Shown here in pieces: positions 13,388 to 26,332 of a DNA stretch of 64,000 nucleotides. Position 1 is the stretch's first letter. Each line of letters starts with the position of its first letter. A program made the translations under genes and the position numbers. Source of the DNA: Enoplolaimus lenunculus (lineage: Eukaryota); assembly GCA_030248215.1 (NCBI GenBank), contig JASANG010002509.1, positions 248,001 to 312,000 on the forward strand, in the 5' to 3' direction. A model generated the notes under the pieces. The model was not told the DNA's origin. It did no database searches and saw only the letters and a program-made list of their open reading frames with translations.

Positions 13388-13764
13388 CAGGGTGCAACCG
13401 GAATTACAATTTACCGGAACCGGAACCGGAATTTGAAAATTTTACCGGAACCGGAACCGGAAAGTGAAAAATGCATTTCACCAAAAATTTCAATTTAATC
13501 GTATTTTTTGCTCTATTATTTGTGAAATAACCTTAGTCGAACATAGGTATTTTATTTGTTGTATTTTAGATTTTCGTCGTCGATTGAAGTGAAATCCACC
13601 ATCAAAGGCAGTGGCTTTCAAAAGAGATTCTTAAAAATTAGCAAAGTTAAGAAAACGGGCAAATTATAACACCGGAATTTTTAAATCCGGTAAAAATTTA
13701 CCGGAACCGGAACCGGAAGGTGAAAAAATGCCGGAACCGGAACCGGAATTCCGGTTGCACCCTG
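13388..13764. mobile_element. hAT-like MITE with ACCGGA subterminal repeats, nested in a CTTAAG-rich element (about 13322-13792)
   Basis: TIR CAGGGTGCAACCGGAATT; exact TSD GTCACCGA. Confidence 0.9.
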
Positions 13765-15359
13765 GTCACCGACTTAAGAAAATTACTTAACTTTTTGAGC
13801 AAATACAAACAATCGCCAGTGTGAGCTTATTTTACAATGGTAGTTGATAATTGCAAGCTTAACGGTTGCTCTATACTCACTGAGTGCCGCCGGACGTCGT
13901 CGCACGGGTCGATAAAATTTATTAAAAAGTTTTTCACTCTATTAAATAGTTTTTGCCTATGATTTATTACACTTCAAAAAATGGTGAGTCAAATTGACTG
14001 TCTCCGAAATAGGCTTTTCCTGACCACACAAACTGAGTCAAAATTCGACTCCGCCAGTGTAGTGTAGCAACGTATAGCGTCGGTCGGCGGCTCGCGGGGC
14101 GGCGAACGGCGGCGTATGGCATATTAAAGTATAGCCCAACCCTAATTGTAAGTTTGAAGCGCAAAAGGTTGTAAATTACAGATAGTTTCAGACAGTACAA
14201 TTTTACCCGTGTGTGTAATATATTTTGTTAAATTTTTTTAGTCAATTTTTGAAAACTTTAAACAATGCAAATGATTATTACTGTGACCGCCGACTGGTAC
14301 CAAATCGTTGAAAACTACGACCAAATCACTGCAACTGGTTCGTTGGCACCGAATACCGTCGCTAGTGCCCCCAGAGAATTCAACAAGCTAGGTGTGCTAT
14401 ATGGGATTGATGATGTCAATGTAGGGGGGGGTCATGTCTCCACCAAATGGCGTTGACAAATTTATTTCTGTTAATAAATTAAAAGTTAACTAAAGCATAC
14501 TTAAAAACAAAACTGTATGTACTTAAGTGATCGACGAGGGCTGTCCTCCAAGCCAAAATCATGGCCGCAGTCATGGCGCTATCTGAAAAATCACAGATAG
14601 CTAGAAACATTTTGGCGCGTCTGGGGTGGTATTAGCTATGTAGCCTATCAGTAATGACGCCAGGTATTAACGTTTGGATTAATGGTGTTTGTGGCTGTAA
14701 AAGCAATGACTCTGGCCTTGTTTTCTTTCAGACCCATAGACTTGGTAGGGCGGTCTAAATGCTTGTTCCAGTTGTAATTTCTATTTTTTAACTTTGCTTG
14801 AAAAGACTTGAAGCACATATCTTCAGAAGATAGTGTTTCTGCTGCAAGACAGATTAACTGTAAGCTAATTTGCTGGCCGCAAAAATTTGAGTGTAACTGT
14901 TGTTGGCTTTCGGAAAATAAAACAAATTTGCGACAAAAATTATACACCTCAAAATTTTAAGGTTTAGTCAACATCCGCATGGATTAAATGCAAATGGATC
15001 CCACGCTAAAATTTAACAAGTTTAAGCGATGTTACCATGATGTAAGGACCCAGGAGTCCTGCAAATATACAGACAAGATGACTGAGTCATCTTGTCGGTA
15101 AGCGTGTAGAGTCGTAGGAAGTATTTTTTGAATACTATAACAGTCTTTGACTATTGGGATGTAATTGGCTTTTCGAAAATTTTTGTTTTTGCAATCTTTT
15201 CAAACTTTTTTTTGAGAAAAAATAAAAATAAAATCTTATTAATTTTAAAGTAAAAAAAGTTTGTCAAAGTTTAAAGATTTTGTATAAAAAATTTGCTGAT
15301 ATTTTCAATCTTTATCCACACACGTTATACTTATGAAATTTAGCTATTACCAGCTTGGC

Positions 15360-15537
15360 GGCCAATGTTACTTTAGGAGCGTAACAGTAGATTAAGTGTA
15401 TTCCTAAGTCTAAGCCTAAGCGTTGCAAAAAAGAGTTCTTAAGCCTAAGCCTAAGCAAAAAAATATAATCTAGAATCCAAACCTACTCTTTTGTAGACCC
15501 ACCAGAAACCTGGACGCCCTTTAAAGTAACATGGGCC
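15360..15537. mobile_element. Telomeric-repeat MITE, subfamily B
   Basis: GGCC termini; TSD AGCTTGGC / AGCTCGGC. A partial inverted copy follows at about 15670-15767. Confidence 0.85.
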
Positions 15538-18500
15538 AGCTCGGCGATAGAAGCGAGGCATGACATCCCATGGGGTGAGACCGATTTGGTAATGCCGTGG
15601 GTCAGCTTGCCCATGTACGAACTAAAAACCATTAGATTAATTTATTGCGGATTTGAAATTTTTTTATCTCAAACGTAAGCTTACCTGCAACACTTTTTTG
15701 CAACGCTTAAGCTTAGACTTTGGAATACGCTTAATCTACTGTTACGCCCCTAAAAGTAACATTGGCCATATGTTTGGCCAGATCGACTATGTAAATTGTG
15801 TATCCTTCAACTAAATTTTCTGCTCGAAATAAAAGAATTTGATTTTGGTTGAGCATAAATCGCATATAAAACAACGGTTTTCACTCACGAATCTAGAAAC
15901 CGTTTATTCCAAAGATTGTTGTGCCGAACCTTCAGCAATGGATCCTATCTTCTTGATCCCTGCTCTTGGATCGCGTCCCTGTAGCGTTTAGCCTTTTAGA
16001 GATGCCCGTTCTGTTTGCAATTTAAAGCGACAGAACGCAAATTATATATCAAGTACTATTCATTGCATTAACAATACTGTCATACCGCGTTCAGCATTGT
16101 AAATTCGTTTACGCTAAAATAGCGTTATTTTCACTCCCCCCACACTCGATTACAGGCAAATCTCACTCTCGTTTTGCTGGCCAATTCAAACCGGGGTCAT
16201 CAGGCATCAAATCCCCCCAACACCAATTAAAACCAAAAATTTTTATTAAGAGTTGGGTGCTAAAATTGCGTTTGACGTCTCGATTTCGAGGTTTCGTCAC
16301 TCCTATGCATATTGCGTGCCCCCTTTGCGATGAGAAATTTCTGCATCCACCATTGTATTCCTTCAGGGTCGCATGGATGACTCTCGTCTTTTGACTTGCG
16401 AGTATAAGCGATGTGAATAGTTCACATTTTACTACTGAGTGCAGTTTGTGTTTGTATTCGCGTTCCCATAACTGTTTCTTCATTCAACGATCGCTTTATG
16501 CGTTCAGTTGAAAATCTTCACATTTAATCTGATTGAAATTTTAATGAATTATATGTGTTTATACGTTGAATTTCAAGGATTGGACGATTGGGACATTCAA
16601 ACCAGAGGATTACTATTAATGGTCAGGGGCGTAGGACTGTTAATTGGTGGGCGAGACACCGACTTGTTTTAAACATTCGAATATGACTCTCGGCGTAGTC
16701 AAATTTGACTCAGTTAGTGTACTTCGGAAAACTTTATTTCGGAAAAGAATCAATTTGACTCACCATTTTTTGCAGTGTACAGAGTGTAGTAAGAAGTATA
16801 TCAATCAAAAAAATTTTATTTCGAAGTCTCTGCTAAGATTTTAACGCAAACATGCGCGCATCAACTTCATTCTTAATGTGTGCATAACGGCCGTTTACGC
16901 AGTAAGGTAGCGGATGGACTGCTGTAATCAAACGATTGATATATGACGGCGACACGAAAAAAGTAATTGCAACAGCTTGACGTTGGCGATATACCCCCAT
17001 AGCCCCCATTTGGGGGGCTCACTCCTAAAGCGACCCCCACCGTAACCGGTTGAAACAAAAACCGCCGAAGTTTCAAAATGCGTCTGGCTTCTCGCTCGAT
17101 TCGCGACCGAGTTTGGCGGCCTACCCTAGAATTTGGGGAGAGCACCCACCCCCGCCTGGCCCGGCACTGATTTTATTGCAATATTTTTCTCACAAAGACG
17201 CCGTTGTTAACTATGAAATTTGTTGTTTTGACTTTTTTTTAGTTAAACATTTAAATATTTTGAAAAAATTCAAAGTCGTTTGGATAGTGTTTGAAAACGG
17301 TCTTTTTTGATAAGGGGTAGTCGAAGTTGGGACAATAGACACCAGCCATATCATCGGAATAAATGGATTTAATTCTTGCCCATTTGGTCATCTAAAATAA
17401 TAACGTAAATATTTCCCGGCCGTGTAGTTAAATCAGGGCCAGCAGCCAGCTCAATCGTATAGGGGATTCAATACAATTTGGCGGAGATACGGAATATGGA
17501 CCCCCCTTGGAATTTAATATAGAATAGTTCATTTTATAGATTTGATGCGATAAGTTCAACGGTGCCATTTTTCGCTCTGCAGGGTCCACGGCTCAATAAT
17601 GAGCCTTTAAATTTTAACTTTTTACCATATAAAACATGTACAGGCAACAGTCAAATTTGTGTAAGGAATAAACCTGGTTGAGCTTATATTTTACGAATCA
17701 TGCGAATGATAGATACTTTCTGTTCCAATCTGTGCGTCTTAAATTAGTAAATTCGTCATAATTTTAACGATTTTGTTTAACCTCCGGCTTCGGATAAAAT
17801 TTGTTTTAACTGTAAGTGGCTGTGCCACTCTTAACCATATTTCAAACTAAAAACTAAAATATGAAACTAAAACCAAACCATAAACTGCACTTTAAGGGAG
17901 TCCCTGGCTCCACCTAGTCTCGCTCAGTACTTAAGATAGGCTTCGGCGTTGAGTGATTAGGATAGGCACACTAAATCACGATCTATTGACAACGACCATG
18001 AACTGTGGTATTTTCTAGTTTAGGAGTACCATGCGTTTTTAGGTGCTACCAAATTTTCATAAACTCATTTACCTTGATATTTGGTTATATTTGGAATGGG
18101 GATATAGAAGCCCTGACCCACAGATTGTAATCAACCATAATATCAGGACTCCGAGCTATTTTACGAGCACTGAAAAATTAACGTATCAGGACATTAATTA
18201 CAATCAGAGGTCAATGATCCATATGTTAAGCAATAAATTTGCAAAATTTAAGCTTATAAACAATAAGGGTGGAGTTTATTGTTTAAAACGTATGCCCGAA
18301 TAAGGTTAAACCAAAATCAAAGCGTTTATTTTAGCGTATTTTGTTCACTGAAATCAATTCGGGCCCGTAGCCAGATGGGCGGCATGGAGAGTTGAGCCCT
18401 CCTGGAACAATTCCGGCCTACAAAATGGTCACCCTTAATTGTAAGCCATTGTAAATCCTTGTATTCTCATCTTGAAAAATTATTAACCCCTCTTTAGCAA

Positions 18501-18551
18501 GGTGAGCTGGTTACGTGCCTGCACGCGCTATACCGCTCTGAGCATTGCATA

Positions 18552-18769
18552 CACTGCAAAAAATGGTGAGTCAAATTGACTCTCCCCGAAATAGGCTTTT
18601 CCGGACTCACAAACTGAGTCAAAATTCGACTCCGCCAGAGTCAAATTTGACTCACTGAGCGACTCCTTAACTCGAATTTGACTCCGGCGTAGTCAAACTT
18701 TGACTCAGTGTGTAGTCCGGAAAAGCCTATTTCGGAGGGAGTCAATTTGACTCACCATTTTTTGCAGTG
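18552..18769. mobile_element. Palindromic TA-flanked MITE, CACTGCAAAA/GAGTCAAATTGACTC family (others 33957-34157, 37216-37426, 52632-52783, 55548-55761, 56611-56820, 58812-58940; fragments near 13970 and 16690)
   Basis: Near-perfect foldback of about 100-bp arms; TA|CACTG ... CAGTG|TA. Confidence 0.88.
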
Positions 18770-19018
18770 TAGGCTTTGAAACCACTAATATAATAGCTTA
18801 ATGTTTGAAAATCGGCGTAATTCCATTAGCTCACAGTTCAAATAATGACTCTGATACAAGAAGTGTCGTGAGTTTAGTTTCAACGCAAAATTTGCGTCCT
18901 CAAATCAGTGACGCTATTTATCAATTTTTAAAGTGTCGCTTTAGCCTTTTGATGTAAATTCGTCGTGTTTTTGTAGGCTTTTTTCTTACTGACGTATACA
19001 AAGGGTGGCATCCAGACT

Positions 19019-19201
19019 GCCATGTTACTTTAAGGGGCGTCCACGTTTCTGGTGGCTCTATATTAAGGGTAGGTTTAGATTCTAGATTACATTTTTTTTT
19101 GCTTAGGCTTAGGCTTAGGAACACATTTTTGCACCGCTTTGGCTTTGGATTAGAAATACGCTTAATCTACTGTTACGTCCCTAAAAGTATTAACATTGGC
19201 C
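19019..19201. mobile_element. Telomeric-repeat MITE, subfamily B (reverse)
   Basis: CCATGTTACTTTAAGGGGCG ... TAACATTGGCC; flanks CAGACTGC / CAGACTAC. Confidence 0.78.
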
Positions 19202-20470
19202 CAGACTACGGTCGCCAACTTGAATCAAAACCAAAATTTTGTATTAAGATTTAGGTACTAAAATAGCGTTTGAATATACTCACAACTGAAGCTTCCACTA
19301 TTTATCTATCGAGTTCCGGTTCCGGTACAACATTTTGCATCCGGAAATGTTTTTTTTCTACGATAGCAGTTGCAATTTTTGCAAACATACGAGAAAACTA
19401 ATGAGCATTTTGATAAATATTTTTTTGTTTTAGCGCACATTATTGCTGTAGTCGTCCAAAAGCACGAAGGATGCTGGAAAATTGTAGCCGCCGATACTGG
19501 CACACGTACACGGTTTAAGCTTAATTTGAGTTAAAAAAATATACGAAAAATTGAAAAAAAAAATTAAGAACTCGACCCCAATTCGATGATTAGATTAAAG
19601 CTTAAATTATTTTAACAAAGTTTCATTGCGAAATTTTAAATTTTTTTTATCGCGAAGCTTATGCATAAAATAAATACCCTTCCATATTATGAACCTTTTC
19701 AATCGTATCATATTTACACGAATTTTTATTCACTGTGAATATTCAACCTCGCATTGGGGTTGAGGATATACGATCACTGGCGTCCCTAAGCAATTTTCAT
19801 AAACATACGTGGGTAGCGAAAATTTTTTTATTTCATCTTTGATAAACTAATTTAAATGTTTTTGCCTGGACCTTAGCTACACAGCTCAATCCGATATTCT
19901 GACGGCATCAGTGCCGGAACAGTCAGGGGTAGTTGCTTACCTTAAACTCGCGAGCGTAGCGAGCGAAAAGCCAGACGCATTTTGAAACGTTTTTATTTCA
20001 ACCGGTTAGGGTGGTTGCTCCTTTAGGGGTAGAGGCCCTTAAAAAGGGGGGTATGGGGTGCCGGCTGCTGCGGCCCTGGAAGGCGCCCATGTAACCTGCT
20101 ACGGTCACAAAGTTAAACTCGTGTTGAGAATTATATAATTATAGTAAAATTTGTTCGGTTCAACAGATTGCGGCAGATACTTGTATTTTTAAACATACTC
20201 ATATTCGATTCGAAGTTCCTTCGTAATCAAACACAGTACAGGCAGGAGCAGGCGGACGTGCCGGCTCCCTTTAATCTTCAGGACAGGTGCCTCAAAAGCA
20301 AATCCAGCCGGTTTCAACGGATGACAGCTTGAAGCAAAAGTACCAGATTGTGTTGAACTAAGAAGTGAACTCAGCTTTAAATTTGAACTGAACTTCAGGC
20401 AGAAGCTCGCTGCTTTTTGAACATTTTTTGTTTAAAAAAACTAATCGGCTCATTTGTTCCTTTTCACTTT

Positions 20471-20726
20471 GGCCCATGTTACTTTTAGGGCCGTCCCGGT
20501 TTCTGGTGGGTCTGTAAAAGAGTAGGCTTACATTATAGACAACATTTTTTTGCTTAGGCTTAGGTTTAGGAATACACATTTGCAACATTTAGATTTTAGG
20601 TTTAGGCTTAAGAAGACGCTGTTGCAACGCTTAGGCTTAGGCTTAGGAATACGATTTTTCAACGCTTAGGCTTAAGCTTAACAATACGCCTAATCTACTG
20701 TTACGGCCCTAAAAGTAACATTGGCT
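20471..20726. mobile_element. Telomeric-repeat MITE, subfamily B (reverse)
   Basis: GGCCCATGTTACTTT ... AAAGTAACATTGGCT; exact TSD TTCACTTT. Confidence 0.85.
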
Positions 20727-21958
20727 TTCACTTTTGTAATATTGCGTTTCGAAATTTGGTTAAAAGAACCATTTTGGTTTAGAATTTTAACACCAACCTC
20801 ATTTACTACATTTAGTCGTTTCTTCGTTTGTATTTAGCGATGCCGAGCAAAAACTAAATTTCAACCTCCGTAAATGTAAACAACCATAGTTGAAACAGAA
20901 CGAACCCTTGAATGATGTAAACAAAAGGTGCACTTGTGTAAATATAATTTGTAATCGAACAATGATTGGTTAGATTGAACTAAACCTGATATACCAATTA
21001 AAGATGACAATTTGAATAGAGAGTTAATAAAATTATTGAGTAGAATTGGGCAAACTATCTGGCTGGTTTTTAGGTTTGAGGTTAGCACCCGCCGACCCGT
21101 CTAAGGGGGGCAACGTCCCGTCAAGGGGCGTTACTCCGAGTTACTCAGTAAAGTTTTGGTCACTTTTTAAAAATTGCGGTGAGTTGTGACCATTTCAAAG
21201 CCTTCAGACTCTGTATAATATGGAATCTGTAGGAGTACACGAAATACATTCGACTAGATTAATAATTTGATTATTTTCTCATAAGTAGGACATTTGCGGA
21301 CGACATGCCATACTCAAATACGATTGGTTGATGCGAATACTTTTTTCTGATTGGCAAAATAATCGCCACTTATTGGCTAACGGTTTGTTTAACTGAGCAA
21401 AGTGGAATCAAGCAGGATTACAACTACTATCAAGTGATCAATTAGGAACCGCTCATATTTATCTGAGATGATGCCGCCTTGGGCTAGCCCAAGTCGGCAA
21501 TCAGCTTTAGTTTAACCCAATTCGAAATTGGGCTGAATTACGTCTTGGGCCACGACATATAAATGTTTGGCTGAATTTAATATTTGTACTGAGGCGTAAA
21601 TATTGGTGATACGGTTGATGCCCTTGCCGAACCTTATAAAAGAACCATAAAAAGACCGTATTCCATGCTTTCAGAAACATATTAGAACTTAAAAATATTC
21701 TCGTTAGCTTGTAAAATCATTTACCTCAGGATATACCCTAACAAAATTTCAATCTTCGACAAATAACTGGATTCAAGATGTTTTTGCTGTTGAAAATCAC
21801 AAAGTAAAGGTGTCGAAATTGAAAAGTCGCAAGAAAAGTGCACTTGAAACAATTTAAGCTAACTAAGCTTATTATGGTCAATTGTACCTTGATAGAAAGT
21901 GTTAATTAGCAGGCTTTTAGAGAGTTTGTACCCAATTCAATAGGGATACGTTCTAATG

Positions 21959-22352
21959 AGCCATACGTGTAAAGATCAGGGTCGGAACGTTTTTCTGTCG
22001 GAATGCAATAGAGCAAGCTTAAGCTTTAGACTAATTTTTTGCTTGGCTTAGGCTTAGGCTTAGGATTATGCTCATTGTTATGCTTAGGCTTAGGCTTAGG
22101 CTTGGGAATATGCTCATTCTTATGCTTCGGCTTACGCTTAGGCTTAGGAATATGCTCATTGTTATGCTTAGTCTTACGCTTAGGCTTAGGCTTAGGAATA
22201 TGCTCATTCTTATGCTTCGGCTTAGGCTTAGGCTTAGGAATATGCTCATTGTTATGCGTCGGCTTAGGCTTAGGCTTAGGAATATGCTCATTCTTATGCT
22301 TCGGCTTAGGCTTAGGCTTAGGGATATGCTTATAATACTGTTCCGCCCCTGT
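21959..22352. mobile_element. Telomeric-repeat MITE with internally expanded 36-42-bp units
   Basis: About 7 tandem copies of TTAGGAATATGCTCATT(G/C)TTATGCTT(C/A)GGCTTAGGC between family subterminal sequences. Confidence 0.82.
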
Positions 22353-22641
22353 TAGTTTGACCGTGAGAATTAAGTTAGAAAAAATAGTTTCTTTCGGTTG
22401 TAAATGTAATCTATTTTCATGAAATTCTAAACAAGTGTTTCTGGTATTTCTAGAATAACAGGTTGAGATTGATTCTGAGTTAAGCAGTACCATATAGATC
22501 CCTTCACGAAAATTTAGGTACGGATACCGGTGCAGTTCGAACCTATGATGTTTGTCTTTTTATTCGGTCTGCTACAGGTTGTTTGAATTGTTTTGTTTAT
22601 TAATATTCTTTAACGTTTGATATAACATCAGCCGTTCCAAC

Positions 22642-23000
22642 GCCCACGTGTAGAACAGGGCCGGAACAGTAGTATAGGCATAGTCCTAAGCCGAAGCCTA
22701 TGCCTAAGCCTAAGCGCAAGGATGAGCCTATTCCTAAGTCTAAGCCTAAACAAAAAATTTGCTCTAAAGCTTAAACTGACTCTGTTACAGCCCATCCGGA
22801 AAACGATCCGTCCCTGTTCTATACATGGGCCCAAATCAGTAACAGCAGCGATTTAGTCGTTAGAATGCTATGAAAAGCAAAAAATTAGTCTAAAGCTTAA
22901 ACTGACTCTGTTAGTCCCTCCGGAAACCGATCCGTCCCTGTTCTATACATGGGCCCAAATCAGTAACAGCAGCAATTTAGTCGCTGGAATGCTATGAAAA
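22642..23000. mobile_element. Telomeric-repeat MITE plus tandem duplication of its right end and flank
   Basis: Element about 22642-22831; segment 22751-22876 is repeated at 22878-23000 including about 45 bp of flank. Confidence 0.75.
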
Positions 23001-23171
23001 TTTTAGCCGAGGCTTTTCAAATTTACATTGTTGCAGTAACTATGGACGCTAGATTGAAACTGGTACCACTGAGTGTGGTGCTATAAGTTTTGCTATTTTA
23101 ATGTACGGCACCGTGCAGTTCGAACAGCGCCGCGAACCAAATTTGACACAGAACCAAAAGTATAGTGCCAC

Positions 23172-23368
23172 CAGGGCCGGAGCAGCCACCCCCCATACCC
23201 CCATTTTGGGGGGGCCGCCACCCCTAAAGGAGCCCACCCTAACCGGTTGAAACAAAAACCGCTCAAGTTCTAAAATGCATCTGGCTTCTCGCTCGATTCG
23301 CGAACGAGTTTGGGGGCCCCTACTCTGAAATATGGAGGGAGCCCCCACCACGGCCTGCTCCGGCACCG
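23172..23368. mobile_element. hAT-like MITE, GCCAGACGCATTTT family (others near 16990, 19908, 45263, 60038)
   Basis: CAGGGCCGGAGCAG ... CTGCTCCGGCACCG; exact TSD AGTGCCAC. Confidence 0.82.
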
Positions 23369-23612
23369 AGTGCCACCCTTCGAAATAAGTAGAGATAAAA
23401 CAATGGAAGAGAACAGGTTTGTTTGGACTATAGACAAATAGCGGCGTACCTTTAGTTTATTTTCTAATTCATACATTTATAAAACATAAAACATCAACTG
23501 TAAAATCTCAACGCTACTGACAGATTGAAGCATTTTTACGCCTGTTTCGGACCAAATCCCTTTAATCTGATACTATCATACAGAACTCCCGTCAAATTTA
23601 ACACCTGTCACG

Positions 23613-23786
23613 CAGTGGCGGATCCAGGATCTCAAAATGGGGGGGACAAAATTTCACAGGTAATAAACTTATTTTTGATCCACACACAAACCACGAACTA
23701 TTGCCATAAAATTGCTATATAATTTTTGTCAAGATGCTGTTGGGGGGGCCATGGCCGGGGTGGCTCCCCCCATGGATCCGCCATTG
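23613..23786. mobile_element. hAT-like MITE, CAGTGGCGGATCC family
   Basis: Exact TSD CTGTCACG; TIR CAGTGGCGGATCCA / TGGATCCGCCATTG. Confidence 0.88.
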
Positions 23787-25129
23787 CTGTCACGTTTTGA
23801 ACGGTGTAGTGTATTGATTAAAAAATCAAACATTGATGAGGTAACCGAGGTTGCAATAACAACATAAAATACACAAACACGCAATTACTATTGCAGGTAA
23901 CAGATTCTGCGACTTATACAAGGTTATACTTAGCTGAAACTAGCAAGATTTTAAGCTTAATTATATATACATGGTTCATGTAATTTGAATACATTAACCA
24001 GTTGGTTCTCTTAGGTAAGGTATTAACGAGAGGAAGTGCAATTGTGGGGTGTTTTCGATTATCCGCCCTTCAGTCGGCGTTTGCTCAAAATGTGGTTGGA
24101 TTTTGAAAATTTGTGCGAATTTAGGCTTCTCACGGCCGCTCCTGATCATTCCATTTAGAAATTTGAGTTTTTGAAAAATTCGATTTTTAAGGTCCCAAGA
24201 TCCTCTTTCTACTCGGAAACCCAAAAACATATTTGTCGTCTAAAAGTTAGATTAATTATCAGAGGTGATCATAGAACCTTAAATATACAAAAATTTTCAA
24301 AAGCCAACCATTTTTGGACAAACGCCATCTGAAGGAGGGCGTAACCGACTAGACCCCAATTTTTAATAATAGCGATTAACATCTTTGTTATTTCGTCAGA
24401 TTGAAATCTTGCCAATTGTGTTAGGTTATTTATTTCAAAATTTATGGTTTAAATTTAATTTTTTTCAACAAATATTAGGTTCAAGTATACTTGGAAATGT
24501 TGGCCAGTTTTTGCTGCGAGGCAAAGTAACGAAAAGACGACCAAATGTTTAGAAATTTGACCAAAAAATATTTAATATTTTCTCCGATTGAAGTCTTGCA
24601 ACCGGTTTAAGATGCCTATTCATCTCGAAACCTATGGTTTAAACTTAATTTTTAACCAATTTTAAAGTTGTATTAACCCATTTTGACACAATTCAAAAAT
24701 TTACATTATAAAATTATTAATCTTTTAGATTTATGTTCGATCTTTAATCAATACCTGGACCATTGTTCGTTACGTCATAAAACATCGTTCAATAACGATT
24801 AGGGGGTACTTGTTTACTTCCCTCACCCCCAGACTAGTGATTTAGTGGGAAGCTAAAAGTCACCCAGCGGTCATATTGTTGCTTTTAAACGTTTTTTCGT
24901 CTATTTTCTGGCACATCGCTTTATCTCTAACTAAAACAAACCCTGAATAACTTGTAATAATGTCATAAACTCAGATGTAATCGTTCCTTGAATTTCCTAC
25001 CAAAATTGACTAATTTGGCCTTACACAATCGTGCTACCTCTGTTACCCCTATGCCTAGCTATGATATTATCTTCATCAAAATTATAAGTACTTTCAACTA
25101 GGTTAGCTATCTGTTGAACTGTAGCCGAA

Positions 25130-25573
25130 ATGCGTGGTTCGTCGTCTGTCTGCAGCGCTGTCGTGATTTATCTTGCCATCCTCATATCTCAGCTTCCGGA
25201 CTCAACCGGCTTAGAAATCGAACGACGGTTTAAAATTCGTGAAGACACCCCACCCAACACATCGATCGGCTACTTAACTGACCCTGGTTCCATCCAAGAC
25301 ACAATTGGGGACAGTTTGTTGGGACAGGCGCGGTCAGAGAGTACATCGAAATCGTCGTTTTACATCATTTATCCAGACGAAAGCGGCGTTGAAGACTACT
25401 TTTGGATCGATAATCTGAGTGGCGAAATTCGGCTGAAGCGTCCGGTTGATTTTGAACTGAAACGTCAATTTGTTTTTATCGCCATTGGATCAGGAGCGGC
25501 TCCGCCGATGCGGGTTGTACTCGAAATTGTTGACGTTAATGACAATGCGCCAAAGTTTCCAACTCAACTGGAG
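25130..25573 (+). CDS. ds: Dachsous-like cadherin, coding exon 1 (signal peptide + cadherin repeat EC1)
   Basis: ATG at 25130; hydrophobic leader MRGSSSVCSAVVIYLAILISQL; cadherin motifs IREDTPP, VDFE, DVNDNAPKF; donor GAG|GTACAT at 25573/25574, phase 0 (444 nt). Confidence 0.88.
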
Positions 25574-26332
25574 GTACATTCAAATTAATTTGCGTCATTT
25601 TGTCAGTAAATCTACTCGTAGAATCGTGTCCAAAATACACAAAACACTTTTCGCGTTCTGAAAATAGCGTTAATATTGATGCAAAAATAGCATTTTATTA
25701 AACGGTAAAAACGTTTACATAATGGCGTTGTGATACGCAAGCTATTCATTTTAGAGTTTCTCCGTTTACAAATAAAAGCGTTTTGAAACATATATTGTTT
25801 GAAATGCGAAAAGTGTATGAAAAAGCGTTATTTTTTGACACGTTTGCTACCTTTTCAACCAGGAATTATGATTTAATGAAGGCATTAATCAGGTTGTAGC
25901 GGTTTTCATTATTGACGTCTCAAGTTTATCAGTATCGTATGTAACTTTTTGCAGTTGTGTTACGGTGTTTTCGATTTGAGGTAATTACAAAAAGTTGAAC
26001 TTGTAACACACTGCAATTTCCGGTAAAGTTGATTTCAATTCAGAATGAGTTGAATCACTCAGGGAATTCACAGTTGCATTTGAATTCAAATTTGATGGCC
26101 GCAGGTTTAGAATACATTAAATTCGTTATTTATATATAATCCCTTAATTTTCGTTAAAAAAGCAAGCTAGCGAAGCAAGCAAAAAGCCAACCGCAATTTG
26201 GTTTTAAATCATAACACAAATTTTTAGTTCTGACGCCGTTTGAAGTGCCTAAGCCTGGATATGATTCAGTTGAATTCGCAAGTGAGTTCATATGAAAATA
26301 TTTATAAAATAATATTTCAACAATTTTTTTAG

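Noticed and set aside
22026..22493. PKPKPK / LGLGLG / LRLRLR ORFs
   Set aside because: Translations of TTAGGC tracts within a MITE.
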